64,000 bases of DNA from Eledone cirrhosa (GCA_964016885.1 OZ024740.1:296484001-296548000), one strand, 5' to 3'; shown: positions 25,601-41,215, counted from the stretch's first letter. Notes: generated from the sequence alone by a model not told the origin. Numbers and translations are program-made.

Positions 25601-28600
25601 TGATCCATTTTTTATTTGGGGGATCCATTTTTTATTTGGGGGATCCATTTTTTATTTGGGGGTTCCATTTTTTATTTGGGTGATCCATTTTTTATTTGGG
25701 GGATCCATTTTTTATTTAGGTGATCCATTTTTTAATTGGGTGATCCATTTTTATTTGGGGGATCCATTTTTTATTTGTGTGATCCATTTTTTATTTGGCG
25801 GATCCATTTTTTATTTGGAGGATCCATTGTTTATTTGGGGATCCATTTTTTATTTAGGTGATCCATTTTTTAGTTGGGTGATCCATTTTTATTTGGGGGA
25901 TCCATTTTTTATTTGTGTGATCCATTTTTTATTTGGCGGATCCATTTTTATTTGGGGGATCCATTTTTTATTTGTGTGATCCATTTTTTATTTGGCAGAT
26001 CCATTTTTTATTTGGGGGAACCATTTTTTATTTGGGTGATCCATTTTTTATTTGGCGGATCCATTTTTTATTTGGGTGATACATTTATTATTTGGGGGAT
26101 CCATTTTTTATTTGGGTGATCCATTTTTTATTTGGGTGATCCATTTTTGATTTGGGTGATCCATTTTTTATTTGGGGGATCCATTTTTTATTTGGGTGAT
26201 CCATTTTTTATTTGGGTGATCCATTTTTTATTTGGGAGATCCATTTTTTATTTTGGTGACCCATTTTTTATTTTGGTGATCCATTTTTTATTTGTTGGAT
26301 CCATTTTTTATTTGGGGGATCTATTTTTATTTGGGGGACCCTATTTTTATTTGGGGGATCCATTTTACATTTGGGTGATCCATTTTTTATTTGCGTGATC
26401 CATTTTTTATTTGGTGGATCCATTTTTTATTTGGGGTATCCATTTTTTATTTGGGTGATCCATTTTTTATTTGGGGGATCCATTTTTTATTTGGGTGATC
26501 CATTTTTTATTTGGGTGATCCATTTTTTATTTGGGTGATCCATTTTTTATTTGTTGGATCCATTTTTTATTTGGGGGTTCCATTTTTTATTTGGGGGATC
26601 CATTTTACATTTGGGTGATCCATTTTTTTTTTGGGTGATCCATTTTTTATTTGGGGGATCCATTTTTTATTTGGGTGATCCATTTTTGATTTGGGTGATC
26701 CAGTTTTTGTTTGGGTGATCCATTTTTTATTTGGGGGATCCATTTTTTATTTGGGTGATCCATTTTTTATTTGTTGGATCCATTTTTTATTTGGGGGATC
26801 CATTTTTTATTTGGGGGATCCATTTTTTATTTGGGTGATCCATTTTTTATTTGGGGGATCCATTTTTTATTTAGGTGATCCATTTTTTAGTTGGGTGATC
26901 CATTTTTTGGGGGGGGATCCATTTTTTATTTGTGTGATCCATTTTTTATTTGGCGGATCCATTTTTATTTGGGGGATCCATTTTTTATTTGGTGGATCCA
27001 TTTTTTATTTGGGGTATCCATTTTTTATTTGGGTGATCCATTTTTTATTTGGGGGATCCATTTTTTATTTGGGTGATCCATTTTACATTTGGGTGATCCA
27101 TTTTTTATTTGGGTGATCCATTTTTTATTTGGGGGATCCATTTTTTATTTGGGTGATCCATTTTTTATTTGGGTGATCCAGTTTTTGTTTGGGTGATCCA
27201 TTTTTTATTTGGGGGATCCATTTTTTATTTGGGTGATCCATTTTTTATTTGTTGGATCCATTTTTTATTTGGGGGATCCATTTTTTATTTGGGGGATCAA
27301 TTTTTTATTTGGGGGATCCATTTTTTATTTGGGGGATCCATTTTTTATTTGGGGGATCCATTTTTTATTTGGGTGATCCATTTTTTATTTGGGGGATCCA
27401 TTTTTTATTTAGCTGATCCATTTTTTAGTTGGGTGATCCATTTTTATTTGGGGGATCCATTTTTTATTTGTGTGATCCATTTTTTATTTGGCGGATCCAT
27501 TTTTATTTGGGGGATCCATTTTTTATTTGTGTGATCCATTTTTTATTTGGCAGATCCATTTTTTATTTGGGGGATCCATTTTTTATAGGGGTGATCCATT
27601 TTTTATTTGGGGGATCCATTTTTTATTTGGGTGATCCATTTTTTATTTGGGGGATCCATTTTTTATTTGGGTGATCCATTTTTTATTTGGGTGATCCATA
27701 TTTTATTTGGGTGATCCATTTTTTATTTGGGGGATTCATTTTTTATTTGGGTGATCCAATTTTTTATTTGGGTGATCCATTTTTTATTTGGGTGATCCAT
27801 TTTTTATTTGGGTGATCCATTTTTTATTTGGGGGATCCATTTTTTATTTGGGTGATCCATTTTTGATTTGGGTGATCCATTTTTTATTTGGGGGATCCAT
27901 TTTTTGTTTGGGTGATCCATTTTTTATTTGGGGGATCCATTTTTTATTTGGGAGATCCATTTTTGATTTGGGTGATCCATTTTTTATTTGGGTGATTCAT
28001 TCTTTATTTGTTGGATCCATTTTTTATTTGCGGGATCCATTTTTATTTGGGGGACCCTATTTTTATTTGGGGGATCCATTTTACATTTGGGTAATCCATT
28101 TTTTATTTGGGTGATCCATTTTTTATTTGGTGGATCCATTTTTTATTTGGGGTATCCATTTTTTATTTGGGTGATCCATTCTTTATTTGGGGGATCCATT
28201 TTTTATTTGGGTGATCCATTTTTTATTTGGGTGATCCATTTTTTATTTGGGTGATCCATTTTTTATTTGTTGGATCCATTTTTTATTTGGGGGATCCATT
28301 TTTTATTTGGGGGTTCCATTTTTTATTTGGGGGATCCATTTTACATTTGGGTGATCCATTTTTTATTTGGGTGATCCATTTTTTATTTGGGGGATCCATT
28401 TTTTATTTGGGTGATCCATTTTTTATTTGGGTGATCCAGTTTTTGTTTGGGTGATCCATTTTTTATTTGGGGTATCCATTTTTTATTTGGGTGATCCATT
28501 TTTTATTTGTTGGATCCATTTTTTATTTGGGGGATCCATTTTTTATTTGGGGGTTCCATTTTTTATTTGGGGGATCCATTTTACATTTGGGTGATCCATT

Positions 28601-31600
28601 TTTTATTTGGGTGATCCATTTTTTATTTGGGGGATCCATTTTTTATTTGGGGGATCCATTTTTTATTTGGGGGTTCCATTTTTTATTTGGGTGATCCATT
28701 TTTTATTTGGGGGATCCATTTTTTATTTAGGTGATCCATTTTTTAGTTGGGTGATCCATTTTTATTTGGGGGATCCATTTTTTATTTGTGTGATCCATTT
28801 TTTATTTGGCGGATCCATTTTTTATTTGGAGGATCCATTGTTTATTTGGGGATCCATTTTTTATTTAGGTGATCCATTTTTTAGTTGGGTGATCCATTTT
28901 TATTTGGGGGATCCATTTTTTATTTGTGTGATCCATTTTTTATTTGGCGGATCCATTTTTATTTGGGGGATCCATTTTTTATTTGTGTGATCCATTTTTT
29001 ATTTGGCAGATCCATTTTTTATTTGGGGGAACCATTTTTTATTTGGGTGATCCATTTTTTATTTGGCGGATCCATTTTTTATTTGGGTGATACATTTATT
29101 ATTTGGGGGATCCATTTTTTATTTGGGTGATCCATTTTTTATTTGGGTGATCCATTTTTGATTTGGGTGATCCATTTTTTATTTGGGGGATCCATTTTTT
29201 ATTTGGGTGATCCATTTTTTATTTGGGTGATCCATTTTTTATTTGGGAGATCCATTTTTTATTTTGGTGACCCATTTTTTATTTTGGTGATCCATTTTTT
29301 ATTTGTTGGATCCATTTTTTATTTGGGGGATCTATTTTTATTTGGGGGACCCTATTTTTATTTGGGGGATCCATTTTACATTTGGGTGATCCATTTTTTA
29401 TTTGCGTGATCCATTTTTTATTTGGTGGATCCATTTTTTATTTGGGGTATCCATTTTTTATTTGGGTGATCCATTTTTTATTTGGGGGATCCATTTTTTA
29501 TTTGGGTGATCCATTTTTTATTTGGGTGATCCATTTTTTATTTGGGTGATCCATTTTTTATTTGTTGGATCCATTTTTTATTTGGGGGATCCATTTTTTA
29601 TTTGGGGGTTCCATTTTTTATTTGGGGGATCCATTTTACATTTGGGTGATCCATTTTTTTTTGGGGTGATCCATTTTTTATTTGGGGGATCCATTTTTTA
29701 TTTGGGTGATCCATTTTTTATTTGGGTGATCCAGTTTTTGTTTGGGTGATCCATTTTTTATTTGGGGGATCCATTTTTTATTTGGGTGATCCATTTTTTA
29801 TTTGTTGGATCCATTTTTTATTTGGGGGATCCATTTTTTATTTGGGGGATCCATTTTTTATTTGGGTGATCCATTTTTTATTTGGGGGATCCATTTTTTA
29901 TTTAGGTGATCCATTTTTTAGTTGGGTGATCCATTTTTTTGGGGGGGGGATCCATTTTTTATTTGTGTGATCCATTTTTTATTTGGCGGATCCATTTTTA
30001 TTTGGGGGATCCATTTTTTATTTGTGTGATCCATTTTTTATTTGGCAGATCCATTTTTTATTTGGGGGATCCATTTTTTATTTGGGTGATCCATTTTTTA
30101 TTTGGGGGATCCATTTTTTATTTGGGTGATCCATTTTTTATTTGGGTGATCCAGTTTTTGTTTGGATGATCCATTTTTTATTTGGGGGATCCATTTTTTA
30201 TTTGGGTGATCCATTTTATATTTGTTGGATCCATTTTTTATTTGGGGGATCCATTTTTTATTTGGGGGTTCCATTTTTTATTTGGGGGATCCATTTTACA
30301 TTTGGGTGATCCATTTTTTATTTGGGTGATCCATTTTTTATTTGGGGGATCCATTTTTTATTTAGGGGATCCATTTTCTATTTGGGGGTTTCATTTTTTA
30401 TTTGGGTGATCCATTTTTTATTTGGGGGATCCATTTTTTATTTAGGTGATCCATTTTTTAGTTGGGTGATCCATTTTTATTTGGGGGATCCATTTTTTAT
30501 TTGTGTGATCCATTTTTTATTTGGGTGATCCAGTTTTTTTTTGGGTGATCCATTTTTTATTTGGGGGATCCATTTTTTATTTGTTGGATCCATTTTTTAT
30601 TTGGGGGATCCATTTTTTATTTGGGGGATCCATTTTTTATTTGGGGGATCCATTTTTTATTTGGGGGATCCATTTTTTATTTGGGTGATCCATTTTTTAT
30701 TTGGGGGATCCATTTTTTATTTAGCTGATCCATTTTTTAGTTGGGTGATCCATTTTTATTTGGGGGATCCATTTTTTATTTGTGTGATCCATTTTTTATT
30801 TGGCGGATCCATTTTTATTTGGGGGATCCATTTTTTATTTGTGTGATCCATTTTTTATTTGGCAGATCCATTTTTTATTTGGGGGATCCATTTTTTATTT
30901 GGGTGATCCATTTTTTATTTGGGGGATCCATTTTTTATTTGGGTGATCCATTTTTTATTTGGGGGATCCATTTTTTATTTGGGTGATCCATTTTTTATTT
31001 GGGTGATCCATATTTTATTTGGGTGATCCATTTTTTATTTGGGGGATCCATTTTTTATTTGGGTGATCCAATTTTTTATTTGGGTGATCCATTTTTTATT
31101 TGGGTGATCCATTTTTTATTTGGGTGATCCATTTTTTATTTGGGGGATCCATTTTTTATTTGGGTGATCCATTTCTGATTTGGGTGATCCATTTTTTATT
31201 TGGGGGATCCATTTTTTATTTGGGTGATCCATTTTTTATTTGGGGGATCCATTTTTTATTTGGGAGATCCATTTTTGATTTGGGTGATCCATTTTTTATT
31301 TGGGTGATTCATTTTTTATTTGTTGGATCCATTTTTTATTTGCGGGATCCATTTTTATTTGGGGGACCCTATTTTTATTTGGGGGATCCATTTTACATTT
31401 GGGTAATCCATTTTTTATTTGGGTGATCCATTTTTTATTTGGTGGATCCATTTTTTATTTGGGGTATCCATTTTTTATTTGGGTGATCCATTCTTTATTT
31501 GGGGGATCCATTTTTTATTTGGGTGATCCATTTTTTATTTGGGTGATCCATTTTTTATTTGGGTGATCCATTTTTTATTTGTTGGATCCATTTTTTATTT

Positions 31601-34600
31601 GGGGGATCCATTTTTTATTTGGGGGTTCCATTTTTTATTTGGGGGATCCATTTTACATTTGGGTGATCCATTTTTTATTTGGGTGATCCATTTTTTATTT
31701 GGGGGATCCATTTTTTATTTGGGTGATCCATTTTTTATTTGGGTGATCCAGTTTTTGTTTGGGTGATCCATTTTTTATTTGGGGTATCCATTTTTTATTT
31801 GGGTGATCCATTTTTTATTTGTTGGATCCATTTTTTATTTGGGGGATCCATTTTTTATTTGGGGGTTCCATTTTTTATTTGGGGGATCCATTTTACACTT
31901 GGGTGATCCATTTTTTATTTGGGTGATCCATTTTTTATTTGGGGGATCCATTTTTTATTTGGGGGATCCATTTTTTATTTGGGGGTTCCATTTTTTATTT
32001 GGGTGATCCATTTTTTATTTGGGGGATCCATTTTTTATTTAGGTGATCCATTTTTTAGTTGGGTCATCCATTTTTATTTGGGGGATCCATTTTTTATTTG
32101 TGTGATCCATTTTTTATTTGGCGGATCCATTTTTTATTTGGAGGATCCATTTTTTATTTGGGGATCCATTTTTTATTTAGGTGATCCATTTTTTAGTTGG
32201 GTGATCCATTTTTATTTGGTGGATCCATTTTTTATTTGTGTGATCCATTTTTTATTTGGCGGATCCATTTTTATTTGGGGGATCCATTTTTTATTTGTGT
32301 GATCCATTTTTTATTTGGCAGATCCATTTTTTTATTTGGGGGAACCATTTTTTATTTGGGTGATCCATTTTTTATTTGGCGGATCCATTTTTTATTTGGG
32401 TGATCCATTTTTTATTTGGGGGATCCATTTTTTATTTGGGTGATCCATTTTTTATTTGGGTGATCCATTTTTGATTTGGGTGATCCATTTTTTATTTGGG
32501 GGATCCATTTTTTATTTGGGTGATCCATTTTTTATTTGGGTGATCCATTTTTTATTTGGGAGATCCATTTTTTATTTTGGTGACCCATTTTTTATTTTGG
32601 TGATCCATTTTTTATTTGTTGGATCCATTTTTTATTTGGGGGATCTATTTTTATTTGGGGGACCCTATTTTTATTTGGGGGATCCATTTTACATTTGGGT
32701 GATCCATTTTTTATTTGGGTGATCCATTTTTTATTTGGTGGATCCATTTTTTATTTGGGGTATCCATTTTTTATTTGGGTGATCCATTTTTTATTTGGGG
32801 GATCCATTTTTTATTTGGGTGATCCATTTTTTATTTGGGTGATCCATTTTTTATTTGGGTGATCCATTTTTTATTTGTTGGATCCATTTTTTATTTGGGG
32901 GATCCATTTTTTATTTGGGGGTTCCATTTTTTATTTGGGGGATCCATTTTACATTTGGGTGATCCATTTTTTATTTGGGTGATCCATTTTTTATTTGGGG
33001 GATCCATTTTTTATTTGGGTGATCCATTTTTTATTTGGGTGATCCAGTTTTTGTTTGGGTGATCCATTTTTTATTTGGGGGATCCATTTTTTATTTTGGT
33101 CATCCATTTTTTATTTGTTGGATCCATTTTTTATTTGGGGGATCCATTTTTTATTTGGGGGATCCATTTTTTATTTGGGTGATCCATTTTTTATTTGGGG
33201 GATCCATTTTTTATTTAGGTGATCCATTTTTTAGTTGGGTGATCCATTTTTTGGGGGGGGGATCCATTTTTTATTTGTGTGATCCATTTTTTATTTGGCG
33301 GATCCATTTTTATTTGGGGGATCCATTTTTTATTTGTGTGATCCATTTTTTATTTGGCAGATCCATTTTTTATATGGGGGATCCATTTTTTATTTGGGTG
33401 ATCCATTTTTTATTTGGGGGATCCATTTTTTATTTGGGTGATCCATTTTTTATTTGGGTGATCCAGTTTTTGTTTGGATGATCCATTTTTTATTTGGGGG
33501 ATCCATTTTTTATTTATTGGAGCCATTTTTTATTTGGGGGAACCATTTTTTATTTGGGGGTTCCATTTTTTATTTGGGGGATCCATTTTACATTTGGGTG
33601 ATCCATTTTTTATTTGGGTGATCCATTTTTTATTTGGGGGATCCATTTTTTATTTAGGGGATCCATTTTTTATTTGGGGGTTCCATTTTTTATTTGGGTG
33701 ATCCATTTTTTATTTGGGGGATCCATTTTTTATTTAGGTGATCCATTTTTTAGTTGGGTGATCCATTTTTATTTGGGGGATCCATTTTTTATTTGTGTGA
33801 TCCATTTTTTATTTGGCGGATCCATTTTTTATTTGGGGGATCCATTTTTTATTTGGGGATCCATTTTTTATTTAGGTGATCCATTTTTTAGTTGGGTGAT
33901 CCATTTTTATTTGGGGGATCCATTTTTTATTTGTGTGATCCATTTTTTATTTGGCGTATCCATTTTTATTTGGGGGATCCATTTCTTATTTGTGTGATCC
34001 ATTTTTTATTTGGCAGATCCATTTTTTATTTGGGGGATCCATTTTTTATTTGGGTGATCCATTTTTTATTTGGGGGATCCATTTTTTATTTGGGTGATAC
34101 ATTTTTTATTTGGGGGATCCATTTTTTATTTGGGTGATCCATTTTTTATTTGGGTGATCCATATTTTATTTGGGTGATCCATTTTTTATTTGGGGGATCC
34201 ATTTTTTATTAGGGTGATCCAATTTTTTATTTGGGTGATCCATTTTTTATTTGGGTGATCCATTTTTTATTTGGGTGATCCATTTTTTATTTGGGGGATC
34301 CATTTTTTATTTGGGTGATCCATTTTTGATTTGGGTGATCCATTTTTTATTTGGGGGATCCATTTTTTATTTGGGTGATCCATTTTTTATTTGGGGGATC
34401 CATTTTTTATTTGGGAGATCCATTTTTGATTTGGGTGATCCATTTTTTATTTGGGTGATTCATTTTTTATTTGTTGGATCCATTTTTTATTTGGGGGATC
34501 CATTTTTATTTGGGGGACCCTATTTTTATTTGGGGGATCCATTTTACATTTGGGTGATCCATTTTTTATTTGGGTGATCCATTTTTTATTTGGTGGATCC

Positions 34601-37600
34601 ATTTTTTATTTGGGGTATCCATTTTTTATTTGGGTGATCCATTTTTTATTTGGGGGATCCATTTTTTATTTGGGTTATCCATTTTTTATTTGGGTGATCC
34701 ATTTTTTATTTGGGTGATCCATTTTTTATTTGTTGGATCCATTTTTTATATGGGGGATCCATTTTTTATTTGGGGGTTCCATTTTTTATTTGGGGGATCC
34801 ATTTTACATTTGGGTGATCCATTTTTTATTTGGGTGATCCATTTTTTATTTGGGGGATCCATTTTTTATTTGGGTGATCCATTTTTTATTTGGGTGATCC
34901 AGTTTTTGTTTGGGTGATCCATTTTTTATTTGGGGGATCCATTTTTCATTTGGGTGATCCATTTTTTATTTGTTGGATCCATTTTTTATTTGGGGGTTCC
35001 ATTTTTTATTTGGGGGATCCATTTTACATTTGGGTGATCCATTTTTTATTTGGGTGACCCATTTTTTATTCGGGGGATCCATTTTTTATTTGGGGGATCC
35101 ATTTTTTATTTGGGGGTTCCATTTTTTATTTGGGTGATCCATTTTTTATTTGGGGGATCCATTTTTTATTTAGGTGATCCATTTTTTAGTTGGGTGATCC
35201 ATTATTATTTGGGGGATCCATTTTTTATTTGTGTGATCCATTTTTTATTTGGCGGATCCATTTTTTATTTGGGGGATCCATTTTTTATTTGGGTGATCCA
35301 TTTTTTATTTGGGGTATCCATTTTTTATTAGGGTGATACATTTTTTATTTGGGGGATCCATTTTTTATTTGGGTGATCCATTTTTTATTTGGGTGATCCA
35401 TATTTTATTTGCGTGATCCATTTTTTATTTGGGTGATCCATTTTTTATTTGGGTGATCCATTTTTTATTTGGGGGATCCATTTTTTATTTGGGTGATCCA
35501 TTTTTTATTTGGGTGATCCATTTTTTATTTGGGGGATCCATTTTTTATTTGGGTGATCCATTTTTTATTTGGGGGATCCAGTTTTTGTTTGGGTGATCCA
35601 TTTTTTATTTGGGGGATCCATTTTTTATTTGGGTGATCCATATTTTATTTAGGGGATCCATTTTTTATTTGGGTGATCCATTTTTTATTTGGGTGATCCA
35701 TTTTTTATTTGGGTGATCCATTTTTTATTTTGGGGATCTATTTTTTATTTGGGTGATCCATTTTTTATTTGGGGGATCCATTTTTTTTTTGGTGATCCAT
35801 TTTTTATTTGGGGATCCATTTTTTATTTGGGGGATCCATTTTTTATTTGGGTGATCCATTTTTTATTTGGGGGATCCATTTTTTATTTGGGTGATCCATT
35901 TTTAATTTGGGGATCCATTTTTTATTTGGGTGATCCATTTTTTATTTGGGGGATCCATTTTTTATATGGGTGATCCATTTTTTATTTGGGGGATCCATTT
36001 TGTATTTGGGTGATCCATTTTTTATTTGGGGGATCCATTTTTTATTTGGGGGATCCATTTTTTATTTGGGTGATCCACATTTTATTTGGGTGATCCAATT
36101 TTTATTTGAGGGATCCATTTTTTATTTGGGTGATCCATTTTTTATTTGGGTGATCCATTTTTTATTTGGGTGATCCATTTTCTATTTGGGTGATCCATTT
36201 TTTATTTGGGGTTTCCATTTTTTATTTGGATGATCCATTTTTTATTTGGGGGATCCATTTTTTATTTGGGCGATCCAATTTTTATTTGGGTGATCCATTT
36301 TTTTATTGGGCGATCCATTTTTTATTTGGGTGATCCATTTTTTATTTGGGGGATCCATTATTTATTTGTGTGATCCATTTTATATTTGGGGGATCCATTT
36401 TTTATTTGGGTGATCCATTTTTTATTTTGGAGATCCATTTTTTATTTGGGGGATCCATTTTTTATTTGGGTGATCCATTTTTTATTTAGGTGATCCATTT
36501 TTTATTTGTTGGATCCATTTTTTATTTGGGGGATCCATTTTTTATTTGGGGGCTCCATTTTTTATTTGGGGGATCCATTTTACATTTGGGTGATCCATTT
36601 TTTATTTGGGTGATCCATTTTTTATTTGGCGGATCCATTTTTATTTGGGGGATCCATTTTTTATTTGTGTGATCCATTTTTTATTTGGCAGATCCATTTT
36701 TTATTTGGGGGATCCATTTTTTATTTGGGTGATCCATTTTTTATTTGGGGGATCCATTTTTTATTTGGGTGATCCATTTTTTATTTGGGTGATCCAGTTT
36801 TTGTTTGGATGATCCATTTTTTATTTGGGGGATCCATTTTTTATTTGGGTGATCCATTTTTTATTTGTTGGATCCATTTTTTATTTGGGGGATCCATTTT
36901 TTATTTGGGGGTTCCATTTTTTATTTGGGGGATCCATTTTACATTTGGGTGATCCATTTTTTATTTGGGTGATCCATTTTTTATTTGGGGGATCCATTTT
37001 TTATTTGGGTGATACATTTTTTATTTGGGGGATCCATTTTTTATTTGGGTGATCCATTTTTTATTTGGGTGATCCATATTTTATTTGGGTGATCCATTTT
37101 TTATTTGGGGGATCCATTTTTTATTAGGGTGATCCAATTTTTTATTTGGGTGATCCATTTTTTATTTGGGTGATCCATTTTTTATTTGGGTGATCCATTT
37201 TTTATTTGGGGGATCCATTTTTTATTTGGGTGATCCATTTTTGATTTGGGTGATCCATTTTTTATTTGGGGGATCCATTTTTTATTTGGGTGATCCATTT
37301 TTTATTTGGGGGATCCATTTTTTATTTGGGAGATCCATTTTTGATTTGGGTGATCCATTTTTTATTTGGGTGATTCATTTTTTATTTGTTGGATCCATTT
37401 TTTATTTGGGGGATCCATTTTTATTTGGGGGACCCTATTTTTATTTGGGGGATCCATTTTACATTTGGGTGATCCATTTTTTATTTGGGTGATCCATTTT
37501 TTATTTGGTGGATCCATTTTTTATTTGGGGTATCCATTTTTTATTTGGGTGATCCATTTTTTATTTGGGGGATCCATTTTTTATTTGGGTTATCCATTTT

Positions 37601-39460
37601 TTATTTGGGTGATCCATTTTTTATTTGGGTGATCCATTTTTTATTTGTTGGATCCATTTTTTATTTGGGGGATCCATTTTTTATTTGGGGGTTCCATTTT
37701 TTATTTGGGGGATCCATTTTACATTTGGGTGATCCATTTTTTATTTGGGTGATCCATTTTTTATTTGGGGGATCCATTTTTTATTTGGGTGATCCATTTT
37801 TTATTTGGGTGATCCAGTTTTTGTTTGGGTGATCCATTTTTTATTTGGGGGATCCATTTTTCACTTGGGTGACCCATTTTTTATTCGGGGGATCCATTTT
37901 TTATTTGGGGGATCCATTTTTTATTTGGGGGTTCCATTTTTTATTTGGGTGATCCATTTTTTATTTGGGGGATCCATTTTTTATTTAGGTGATCCATTTT
38001 TTAGTTGGGTGATCCATTTTTATTTGTGGGATCCATTTTTTATTTGTGTGATCCATTTTTTATTTGGCGGATCCATTTTTTATTTGGGGGATCCATTTTT
38101 TATTTGGGTGATCCATTTTTTATTTGGGGTATCCATTTTTTATTAGGGTGATACATTTTTTATTTGGGGGATCCATTTTTTATTTGGGTGATCCATTTTT
38201 TATTTGGGTGATCCATATTTTATTTGCGTGATCCATTTTTTATTTGGGTGATCCATTTTTTATTTGGGTGATCCATTTTTTATTTGGGGGATCCATTTTT
38301 TATTTGGGTGATCCATTTTTTATTTGGGTGATCCATTTTTTATTTGGGGGATCCATTTTTTTTTTGGGTGATCCATTTTTTATTTGGGGGATCCAGTTTT
38401 TGTTTGGGTGATCCATTTTTTATTTGGGGGATCCATTTTTTATTTGGGTGATCCATATTTTATTTAGGGGATCCATTTTTTATTTGGGTGATCCATTTTT
38501 TATTTGGGTGATCCATTTTTTATTTGGGTGATCCATTTTTTATTTTGGGGATCTATTTTTTATTTGGGTGATCCATTTTTTATTTGGGGGATCCATTTTT
38601 TTTTGGTGATCCATTTTTTATTTGGGGATCCATTTTTTATTTGGGGGATCCATTTTTTATTTGGGTGATCCATTTTTTATTTGGGGGATCCATTTTTTAT
38701 TTGGGTGATCCATTTTTAATTTGGGGATCCATTTTTTATTTGGGTGATCCATTTTTTATTTGGGGGATCCATTTTTTATATGGGTGATCCATTTTTTATT
38801 TGGGGGATCCATTTTGTATTTGGGTGATCCATTTTTTATTTGGGGGATCCATTTTTTATTTGGGGGATCCATTTTTTATTTGGGTGATCCACATTTTATT
38901 TGGGTGATCCAATTTTTATTTGAGGGATCCATTTTTTATTTGGGTGATCCATTTTTTATTTGGGTGATCCATTTTTTATTTGGGTGATCCATTTTCTATT
39001 TGGGTGATCCATTTTTTATTTGGGGTTTCCATTTTTTATTTGGATGATCCATTTTTTATTTGGGGGATCCATTTTTTATTTGGGCGATCCAATTTTTATT
39101 TGGGTGATCCATTTTTTTATTGGGCGATCCATTTTTTATTTGGGTGATCCATTTTTTATTTGGGGGATCCATTATTTATTTGTGTGATCCATTTTATATT
39201 TGGGGGATCCATTTTTTATTTGGGTGATCCATTTTTTATTTTGGAGATCCATTTTTTATTTGGGGGATCCATTTTTTATTTGGGTGATCCATTTTTTATT
39301 TGGGTGATCCATTTTTTATTTGTTGGATCCATTTTTTATTTGGGGGATCCATTTTTTATTTGGGGGCTCCATTTTTTATTTGGGGGATCCATTTTACATT
39401 TGGGTGATCCATTTTTTATTTGGGTGATCCATTTTTTATTTGGGGGTTCCATTTTTTATT
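19700..39460 (+). repeat. Inversion-free middle domain with irregular ~2.8-3.3-kb higher-order repeats
   Basis: No reverse-oriented monomers seen. Anchor offsets: 19948/22901 (2,953), 24777/27788 (3,011), 27788/31100 (3,312), 31100/34251 (3,151), 34251/37166 (2,915), 35946/38760 (2,814). Private variant CCATTGTT at 25,829 and 28,840 (offset 3,011). Confidence 0.88.
20780..22380 (+). repeat. 798-bp (40-monomer) tandem duplication
   Basis: Anchors 21024/21822 and 21284/22082. Variant TTTCGGGG at 20,786 and 21,584; TTAGCTGA occurs in both copies. Confidence 0.9.
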
Positions 39461-41215
39461 TGGGGGATCCATCAAATAAAAAATGGATCCCCCAAATAAA
39501 AAATGGATCCATTTTTTATTTGGGTGATCCATTTTTTATTTGGGGGATCCATTTTTTATTTGGGTGATCCAGTTTTTGTTTGGGTGATCCATTTTTTATT
39601 TGGGGGATCCATTTTTTATTTGGGTGATCCATATTTTATTTAGGGGATCGATTTTTTATTTGGTGATCCATTTTTTATTTGGGTGATCCATTCTTTATTT
39701 GGGTGATCCATTTTTTATTTTGGGGATCTATTTTTTATTTGGGTGATCCATTTTTTATTTGGGGATCCATTTTTTATTTGGGTGATCCATTTTTTATTTG
39801 GGGGATCCATTTTTTATTTGGGGGATCCATTTTTTATTTGGGTGATCCATTTTTTATTTGGGGGATCCATTTTTTATTTGGGTGATCCATTTTTTATTTG
39901 GGGGATCCATTTTTTATTTGGGGGGCCATTTTTTATTTGGGGATCCATCAAATAAAAAATGGATCACCCAAATAAAAAATGGATCACCCAAATAAAAAAT
40001 GGATCCCTCAAATAAAAAATGGATCCATTTTTTATTTGGGGGATCCATTTTTTATTTGGGGGTTCCATTTTTTATTTGGGGGATCCATTTTACATTTGGG
40101 TGATCCATTTTTTATTTGGGTGATCCATATTTTATTTGGGGGATCCATTTTTTATTTGGGGGATCCATTTTTTATTTGGGTGATCCATTTTTTATTTGGG
40201 GGATCCATTTTTTATTTAGGTGATCCATTCTTTAGTTGTTTGATCCATTTATATTTGGGGGATCCATTTTTTATTTGTGTGATCCATTTTTTATTTGGCA
40301 GATCCATTTTTTATTTGGGGGATCCATTTTTTATTTGGGTGATCCATTTTTTATTTGGGGGATCCATTTTTTATTTGGGTTATACATTTTTTATTTGGGG
40401 GATCCATTTTTTATTTGGGTGATCCATTTTTTATTTGGGTGATCCATATTTTATTTGGGTGATCCATTTTTTATTTGGGGGATCCATTTTTATTTGGGTG
40501 ATCTATTTTTGATTTGGGTGATCCATTTTTTATTTGGGGGATCCATTTTTTATTTGGGTGATCCATTTTTTATTTGGGGGATCCATTTTTTATTTGGGAG
40601 ATCCATTTTTTATTTGGGTGATCCATTTTTTATTTGGGTGATCCATTTTTTATTTGTTGGATCCATTTTTTATTTGGGGGATCCATTTTTATTTGGGGGA
40701 CCCTATTTTTATTTGGGGGATCCATTTTACATTTGGGGTATCCATTTTTTATTTGGGTGATCCATTTTTTATTTGGGGGATCCATTTTTTATTTGGGTGA
40801 TCCATTTTTTATTTGGGTGATCCATTTTTTATTTGGGTGATCCATTTTTTATTTGTTGGATCCATTTTTTATTTGGTGGATCGACTTTTTATTTGGGGGT
40901 TCCATTTTTTATTTGGGGGATCCATTTTACATTTGGGTGATCCATTTTTTATTTGGGTGATCCATTTTTTATTTGGGGGATGCATTTTTTATTTGGGTGA
41001 TCCATTTTTTATTTGGGGGATCCATTTTTCATTTGGGTGATCCATTTTCTATTTGGGGGATCGATTTTTTATTTGGGGGTTCCATTTTTTATTTGGGGGA
41101 TCCATCAAATAAAAAATGGATCACCCAAATAAAAAATGGATCACCCAAATAAAAAATGGATCCCCCAAATAGAAAATGGATCCATTTTTTATTTGGGTGA
41201 TCCATATTTTATTTG
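39400..41215 (+). repeat. Long-range copy of left-domain segment ~4,090-5,905
   Basis: Offset ~35,310: anchors 4369/39679, 4927/40236, 5146/40455. Micro-inversions at 4160/39470, 4636/39946 and 5794/41102. Confidence 0.9.
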
